Source: the human T2T-CHM13v2.0 reference genome, Homo sapiens
NCBI RefSeq assembly: GCF_009914755.1
Contig: NC_060928.1
Reading direction: 5' to 3' (one strand)
Length of the DNA: 64,000 nucleotides
Positions 56,374 to 64,000 of this stretch are shown one piece after another. The notes beneath the pieces were generated by a model. The model was not told the origin of the DNA. It made no database searches and saw nothing but the letters and a program-made list of their open reading frames with translations. The stretch's first letter is position 1; every line of letters starts with the position of its first letter. The translations under genes and the position numbers were made by a program.

Positions 56374-57825
56374 TGAGAGGTGACAGTGTGCTGGGCAGCC
56401 CTTGTAGCCCTCGCTCGCTCGCTCTTGGCGCCTCCTCGGCCTCGGCGTCCGCTCTGGCCATGTTCGGGGAACCCTTTAGCCCACCACTGCGCTGTGGGGG
56501 CCCCTCTCTGTGCTGGTTGAGGCCGGAGCTGGCTCCCTCAGCTTGCTGGGAAGTGTGGAGGGAGAGGCGCGGGCGGGAACCGGGGCTGCGCGCGGTGCTG
56601 TCGGCCCAGCTAGAGTTCCGAGTGGGCGTGGGCTTGGCCGCCCGGCACTCGCAGCACCGGCTGGCCCCGGGCAGTGAGGGGCTTACCACCCGGGCCAGCA
56701 GCTGCGGAGGGTGCACCGGGTCCCCCAGCAATGCCAGCCGACTGGCGCTGTGCTGGAATTCTCGCCGGGCCTCAGCTGCCTCCCTGCGGGGATGGACTCG
56801 GGACCCGCAGCCAGCCATGCCTGACCCTCCCACGCCACCCAGGGCTCCTGCGCATCCCGAGCCTCCCGGACGAGCGCCGCCCCCTGCTCCATGGCGCTCG
56901 GTCCCATCGACTGCCCAAGGGCTGAGGAGTGCCGGCGCATGGCGGGGGCCTGGCAGGCAGCTCCACTTGAGGCCGCGCACGGCCTGTGGCTGGCAGGCAG
57001 CGCCACTTGAGGCCCCAGGTGCGTGCGGGATCCACTGGGTGAAGCCAGCTGGGCTCCTGAGTGTAGTGGGGATTTGGAGAATCTTTATGTCTAGCTAAGG
57101 GATTGTGAATGCACCAATCGGCACTCTGTATGTAGCTCAAGGTTTGTAAATGCACCAATCAGCACTCTGTGTCTAACTAACCTGGTGGGGACTTAGAGAC
57201 TCTTTATGTCTAATTAAGGGATTGTGAATGCACCAATCAGCACTCTGTATTCTAGTTCAAGGTTTGTAAATGCACCAATCAGCACTCTCTCTAGCTCAGG
57301 GTTTGTAGATACACCAATCGACACTCTGTATCTAGCTGATCTAATGGGGACTTGGAGAACTTTTGTGTCTAGCTCAGGGATTGTAAATGCACCAATCAGC
57401 ACCCTGTCAAAACAGGCCAATCAGCTCTCTGTAAAACAGACCAATCGGCTCTCTGTAAAATGGACGAATCAGCAGGATGGGGTGGGGCCAGATAAGAGAA
57501 TAAAAGCAGGCTGCCTGAGCCAGCAGTAGCAACCGTCTGGTGTCCCAGCATTGTTTCTTTGCTCTTTGCAATAAATCTTGCTGGTGCTCACTCTGGGTTC
57601 ACATTGCTTTTATGAGCTGTAACACTCACTGCCAAGGTTTGCAGCTTCACTCTTGAGCCAGGGAGACTGCGAACCCACTAGAAAGAAGAAATTCTGCACA
57701 CATCTGAACAGCAGAAAGAACAAACTCCAAACAGACCGCCTTTAAGAACTGTAACACTTACTGTGAGGGTCTGTGGCTTCATTCTTGAAGTCAGTGAGAC
57801 CAAGCACCCACCAATTCCGGACACG
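56374..57825 (+). mobile_element. LTR12 (C/D/E-type; ERV9/HERV9) solo LTR
   Basis: tgagaggtgacag start, CpG-rich U3, tandem gcaccaatcagcactctgt repeats, gccagataagagaataaaagcaggc promoter core, ccaattccggacac end; TSD aaac/aaat. Confidence 0.95.
57105..57515 (+). promoter_or_regulatory. LTR12 U3 enhancer/promoter: CCAAT (NF-Y) array, GATA site, AATAAA TATA-like box
   Basis: About 8 CCAAT boxes in ~40-bp repeats; agataag at ~57490 followed by aataaaa. Activity at this copy is not shown. Confidence 0.7.
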
Positions 57826-58624
57826 AAATGAACGGATGGTTTTAAGCAGTGCACATGGCAGGCAAGAATAAAAACGAAACGTTTAAAGCTCGTGTGAAGC
57901 TGGGTTTGCAGTATGACTAAGTTGTATTCAAACGGGAATGTGTAAGTGTCCCATGCTGCTTTTAGGAAGTGTCTTTAAAGAGAGAAAATATAAAAGGGAT
58001 TGTGGAAAGTTTATATTTGAGGCATAGCTTTTGAATGTGTTGAAATGCAAGTGTAAAAGCAGAAGAACACAAATTGGATAACGAAAGTATGTATCCAATA
58101 AAAGAAAAAAATTATGAGGTAAAGTTTCCTCAAACAGGAAGTCATGATCACGAACCACCCATGCTTACAAGACTTTTACGGTGCCAGTTACCTCAGGATT
58201 TCAAGGCATAGCATTTGTGCAGGAAGACTCTGAAGTAAGGAATATGGAGTCCGTCCAGTTTGAGAACTGAGAAAAGCAAACAAGGGTTCAATCAAAAACT
58301 CAGCAAGAAAAATTGAGGATAGCAGCCGAAACAGAGAGGCAATTATTCGGCAGTAGGCGATGTCAATAGATAATAGTAATATCTAAAGAGGTTAAAGCTC
58401 TTGACCAATCTAAAACTAAATCTGTAGTTTTATGACTAAAAGAATTCTTAAAATCAACAAAAGCTCAATTCCAGAGTAATCCTCGTGATGAAAACAACTT
58501 CTGGGAGTAGAATTTAACCTAAGCAGGATGAGGGCAAGAGAGACAAAGAAATAAAAGGTGCAGATACAACTGGGAGAAAGAAACAGAGCCATGGACTATC
58601 TGAGAATGAGATGTCGTATTTTGT

Positions 58625-60446
58625 TTCTCTTCATTTTGAACGATAATTTAACTGGGGATATAAAATTCTAGGTTGATAGTTTGTTTTCCCAACACTTCAC
58701 GTATTTAATTTCCCTTTCTTCTTGCTTGCACAGTTTCTGACTGAAGTTTTCTGTAATTATCTTTGTTCCACTCTAGGTAAGGTGCTTCCTCTATCTCTCT
58801 CTACTCAGTTTCAAGATTTTCTTTTTCTCTTTGTGTTTTTATATTTTGAATATGTTTAGATTTTTGTTTTGTTTGTTTTTGGCTTTTGGTATTACTTGGT
58901 GTTCTCTGAGTGCTGTTAATCTGTATTTTTTGTCTTTTTGGTGTTTCAATTGCACTTATGTTATACCTTATGTCCTGTTCTTGCTTTCCTTTTATTATTA
59001 TTTTTATTTTTGCATTTAAATTTGGAAAGTTTCTGTTGACCCATCTTCAAGCTCACTGAGTATTTGTGCCCATTGTGTCAAATTTTCTGATGTGCCTTTC
59101 AATGGCATTATTTATTGCCTTTACTGTTTTGATTTCTAGTATTTTCTTTTGGTTCTTTCTTTGATTTTAAACTGTCTGCTTACATTACCCATTTGTTCTT
59201 GTGTGTATCTACTTATTCCGTTAGAGTCCCTAGGATTAATCACAGTTATTTTACATTCTGTATTAGATAATTTCAGTATCTGTTTCATATCTGAGTCTAC
59301 TTCTGATGCTTGCTTTTCTCTTCAGATTGTTTTTTTCTTACCTGCGGTCATACCTTGACATTTTTTGTTGAATGCCAGATATGCTGTATTGGGTAAAAGA
59401 AACTGTGGTAAACAGACCTTTAGTCTGAGGATTTTTGTTAATCTGGGAGTTGGACTGTGCTTAATGTATGTTGTAGCTACATTTAGGTGCTAGAGGCTTT
59501 AAATTCCTGTAGTGTTCTTGGTTTTGTCTCCCCTCTTGACTTTGGGCTTCCCTTCTTACTCCTCCTTAGAGAGAGGTACCGTGTAGCCTGGTTGTTGTGG
59601 TAGTAAATTGTGAGAGAAGAGGAGAATTCTGTAATCTTTCCATTAAATCTCAGTTGTATAGCGGAGCCTATGTCTCAGGGATGTTACCTTGACAAGTATT
59701 TCTCCAGTGGTATAGCTGGTTCTTTGTTGTTGTTGTTGTTGATTTTTTTTTTTTCTTACCTGCTACTGTCTATGCTGGTTGAAACAGCCTTTCTCTATGT
59801 TTTGAAGCTTTGACACCCGATAACTATTTTGTTATTTTTGTTGGTAATTTTTCTTTCAGATGAGTCAGGAAGGCTGAAGAGAGCTGGGATGAGGAGGATT
59901 TCCCCTATCAACAGATAAGGCTCTGGCAAAGTCCTTTATCCTCCAGCATAGGATATTTTTATAGAGGATTATATAGAGGCTCATCACGATGGTGACTCTT
60001 TCTCTCCCTAAACCAGAGGCAGGAGAGTGTGTTTCTTGGCTCCTCATCATAAGAACTGAGGTGTTTCTGGGAGAGAAGACTCATGAAAAGTTGCCCCCAC
60101 ACCCATAGCTCCTAGGAGTTTCTGCAGCTCCCAGGAGCTTCTCACTCTCATGCTAGTTCTCAGTCATCTTGGATCCATTCATCAAAAAATTGGTATTCAA
60201 ATCTTATTTAAATCTTCTTGTATTTTTATGGCTGTAGTGGCTTCTGCCCTGGGTAAGCAGATTTTAGGAGGTACCTGTCTCTCCAGATTTTAGATTGGCA
60301 GTTTACCTTGTGAACTCAATTCTCTGATGGGTCTAAGAAAAGTCACGGATTTTTAGTTTGTTCAAATTTTTCTTGTAACAAAATCTGGAGTGTATGGAGG
60401 AATGGAGTCCAAGCAATTTTCATATTAAACATGTAAGCAGAAGTCA
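58625..60446 (-). mobile_element. Ancient L1M (L1MC/MD-like) ORF1 and 5'UTR
   Basis: ggatataaaattctaggttgatag, catcttcaagctcactga, and tctctgatgggtctaagaaaagtc antisense L1M motifs. Confidence 0.65.
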
Positions 60447-61049
60447 CCACCATATTTTTGAACTTTACAAAAACAGCAGAAGCCCTTCAGTTTCCAACAA
60501 AACAAAACAAAAACTAACCTAATGCAGCCCTCATGCAGAAAAGCTTTGCTGTTCAAAAACAGCAAAGAAACAAAAATATCAAGTTCAAGTCTTGTATAAA
60601 GTTCTCCAAGAGAAAATCATATTATAATAATAGCAATTCTATAGACAACAAAATCTTTCCGGAAAGATGTAACCATAAACAGATAAAAATCATGATCTAA
60701 TATTTCAAAATAAAGTTTAACATGTTAAGAAAATATCACAAAATGAGCACAAAAGAAACAATTAAAATGTGGTATTGAATAACAGGAAACAGAAAGGAAA
60801 GAAAAATATTTCAGAGCTAAAGATAAAACTTAAAGGAACATATGAACAAAACAAAACAAAACACTATAAAAAATCCAGGATTAAAAAAGGAAGAAAATAA
60901 ATTCATCGTCTATTTTAATACATAAATTAATTTCTCCATCATTTTGTTGTAATTGTTAAACTTTTATATAGCAGATTCAAAAGTGACAAAGAGATGACAG
61001 AGAAATTTCTATACATGTATATAGTTATATACACATATATATAAGGTAA

Positions 61050-62815
61050 TCAAAGGTAAGGATTTAAAACAGTCTCACTGACTTTCAAGTATAATGACTA
61101 AAGTATACAATTTCATCGCTATGCAGGCAATAAGGAAATATTGTGTCTGGTAACTTGTCTTTAGTAATCTAAATGTTTTCATACCGGACATCAGATAATC
61201 AAAATAACTGGAAAGACATTAACATAAAGACTGTTAGTAAACGTCGAATGTATAAATTTACACATACAACTAACAGTGAATGAGATGTATAAGGAAGAAT
61301 GTATAGTTTGTAATAGTTAGCTGCTCTGTCAATATAGGTAAAGTGCAATGTGAAAAACTGAAGTGAGACTAGCAAGAGCTTTTGTCAGCAATCAAATTAT
61401 TGGTGTTGAAGGTATTGTTATCTGATAATGTTTCCATGTAGTATAAATTAAAATATGATTATTTATGTTGTACTCTAATTCTCTTCACAATGTTCTTAAA
61501 AAACAACACTCCGTTTGGTATAAAAAAGATTCAGATTCAAGATTGTAGAAATTGAAGAAACACTCTGTAGCAATGAATTTTAAAGAGGCACAAAGTTTGA
61601 ACTAAGATTTGACACTAAATGCTTAGAAATTATAACAATTCAATAGAAATTGATCAAATGAAGCCTGATACTGATTTGAAATCCCACTTTCTACTAAAGA
61701 GAATCAGGGTTTCTTGAGAAAATGGCTGATTATAGGAAAGATCAAGGAATGTATAAGATTACTTGAGTTATTTTGGGATTGTACATAGAAAGGTAGCTCT
61801 CATGTAACACTCGGGGAAAGTCATCCAAATTTTGGAATCAACTATGAGTTTCACACTGGCCAAAGAACATAAAATATAAACATCAAAATCTAATACCTAA
61901 ATTAGATACAAAAATGTCAAATAAGCTTTAATTCATTCGTTAATATTGGTTCTCACACACCCCCAGAAGTTATACTGACTTGGTCACGTTATATTATGCT
62001 AGTAGCCATTTTTTTAACTAGTAAATAAAATAAGACTATTTAGCATTTCTCTTGCGTTTCCTGTTCAAATTTACGTCTGGATAACCAGATAGTAGATAAG
62101 ATACAGTTTCTCTTTACAGAAGTATTCCAGAAAATAAATTAAGCAAAAATAGTGAAATTATGTCATCATTTTACAATTTCTATTAAATTAATGGAGCTAT
62201 ACATCAAGCATCAACAGCTGTTAACGTCACAAACATAGACAACAAACCCTGGTGTGCTTCCTAAAGAACGCATCCTCACCTTGTCAACCTTGGCAAATCA
62301 TCATTCTTGAATGAGACTTAGTCTCTAGATTCAACTAAAAATTTACATATAACTCAGAGGACAAATGAACGTGTTAAACTATACAAGGAAATTAAGTCAG
62401 TAAGACTATGACTGTGAAAAACTCACAAGACACCATCTAGGTTCTTCAATACGTACATTGCAAGCCAAAAAAATAAAAATGAGAAAGAGAGAGGGATTTT
62501 ATAGATTAAAAGAAACTGATATTACATGTAACAGGCAAAAGTAAATTACAAGGAGTTTAGCAGTATGCATTTAAGTGAAAAACCTATAAGGAAAAATAAA
62601 GATGTTTTACAATAGAAGTCAGTTGTGATCACCCTTGGAAAGGAAGAAAAGGATTGTGATTTTGAGGTAGTAAATGGAGGGCTTTTGTGGTATGTGGCAA
62701 AATTATATCTTTAAATGGGTAATATTTTAAATGCCTTGTGGCATTTCATTACTGGTTTACATATTTCATGCAACTTTCTATATTTGCATCATCTTAATTA
62801 AAAACATGTTAAAAA
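61050..62815 (+). mobile_element. Ancient L1M(C/E) 3' region
   Basis: A-rich; ends gagggcttttgtggtatgtggcaaaattatatcttt, similar to L1M 3'UTRs. Confidence 0.45.
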
Positions 62816-62829
62816 GGAGATAATTTTCT

Positions 62830-63068
62830 TCATCTATCTTCCTTCATGTTGGCTGTCTATAAAGAGATGTGTCTGTGACTTAAATAGCTATATGAAACCA
62901 CCAGGTGTTATACCAAGCTTAGAAAAATAGCAAGATATCTGCATCCCTTATCTGCCTATGTTATGACTCCTTGAGGACAGACAGAATTACATTTATACCT
63001 TGTTAAACCACTGTTGTTATTCTATATTTTTCTAATCCTTGAAAGCAAATATAATTCTGACTAATACA
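62830..63068 (+). mobile_element. Old MLT1 LTR 3' fragment
   Basis: ccttgttaaaccactgttgtt...aattctgactaataca. Confidence 0.5.
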
Positions 63069-63789
63069 AACTCTCGGATGAAATTAAATAATTGAGGAAA
63101 GATTCTGGTAGTTTTTAAAATAATTTAAGTAGGAAGAGTTTAAAGTCCCTTACTGTCTTCCTGTAATGCACACATATGGGTAAGTTAAGCAATAAAGGTG
63201 ACAACTGAACATGATAGATCTCTCATCAGTGTTTTAGTAGAAAGGTCATTAGAAATACACAAAGAAAGTATACATTGTGATCAGTAGAATAGGAGGATAG
63301 GAAGAATAACACTGTATATCAGCTGAAAATACATTATTTAAAATGCATGTCCTTGAGAAGAGAAACATGGTAAAGGGCCTTTTGCTCTAGAGATAAGAAA
63401 AGATACGCAGCAATGATTATGTTCTGGACATGTACTAACATTCAGAAAATTTACATGATCAGAGATTACTAAATAAACAAATAAATATAACAATTTAGTA
63501 GAGCTAGGAAGATCTCAAAATATGTTCAATCCTAAAGTCAATGCAATCCTAATTGGTACCAATGAGAAGAGGAAATCAATATAGTTACTGCATCAAGTTC
63601 TCCAATAAGCTTTTTTTCTAAATGTTTACAGGAGATTAAAAAGAATCTCACCACCATGAACAAACAAACAAGAATTGAGCAGCCATGCAAAAAGAGGGCC
63701 AGGCAGCTAAAATAAGTATATAGTTTACTGAGGCTTACAAAATATCATGCACGGAAATATTTTTAAGAATAATAATAGCAAGCAGAGAG

Positions 63790-63948
63790 GCTGAGAGGAA
63801 CCTTTAAGAGGTGATGGATATGTGTATGGTATTGATTGTGTTGATTTCATGGGTGTATACTTATGTCTGAATTCATCAGGTTGTTATATCAAATATGTGC
63901 AGCTTTTTTATGTCAGTCACATCTCAATAAGGTGTTTTTTAAAAAAGA
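63790..63948 (+). mobile_element. L1MD/MC 3' terminus
   Basis: gaggtgatggatatgtgtatggtattgattgtg...ttcatgggtgtatacttatgtc...ctcaataagg. Confidence 0.7.
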
Positions 63949-64000
63949 AGTTCACAAGTTAATAAGAAAAAGTATTCTCCACTAGGAGAAAAATATATAG

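Noticed and set aside
56324-57158. Long overlapping ORFs (218, 249 and 128 aa)
   Set aside because: They lie almost entirely in GC-rich LTR12 U3, where stop codons are rare on both strands; no protein family resemblance.
57105-57410. Regularly spaced ~40-bp repeats resembling a CRISPR array
   Set aside because: These are LTR12 U3 CCAAT repeats with no unique spacers or cas genes, in eukaryotic DNA.

Overview
AT-rich, gene-poor primate (catarrhine, probably human or ape) genomic DNA with no credible host protein-coding exon. All listed ORFs trace to decayed retroelements, microsatellite or GC-rich LTR sequence, or chance. The window is a layered archive of transposons: several L1s (one near full-length and old, two with 5' inversions), about 9 Alus, MaLR LTRs including an almost complete MST provirus with nested insertions, MER41A, a CpG-rich LTR12 solo LTR, MIR/L2 and DNA-transposon relics. 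The least obvious structure is a heavily decayed minus-strand class III (ERV-L-type) provirus at ~5.87-12.2 kb. Its LTR-gag-pro-RT-RNaseH-IN order is recoverable by hand translation, and three younger insertions split it. Other notable items are a ~250 bp palindrome with a 45-bp perfect stem around a (TA)/(CA)/(TG) microsatellite at 30.8-31.1 kb, tandem Alus sharing a triplicated target site, a close inverted Alu pair, and several template-switch-like micro-rearrangements. I found no evidence for a new biological system. Subfamily names come from recalled consensus sequences, not a database search.
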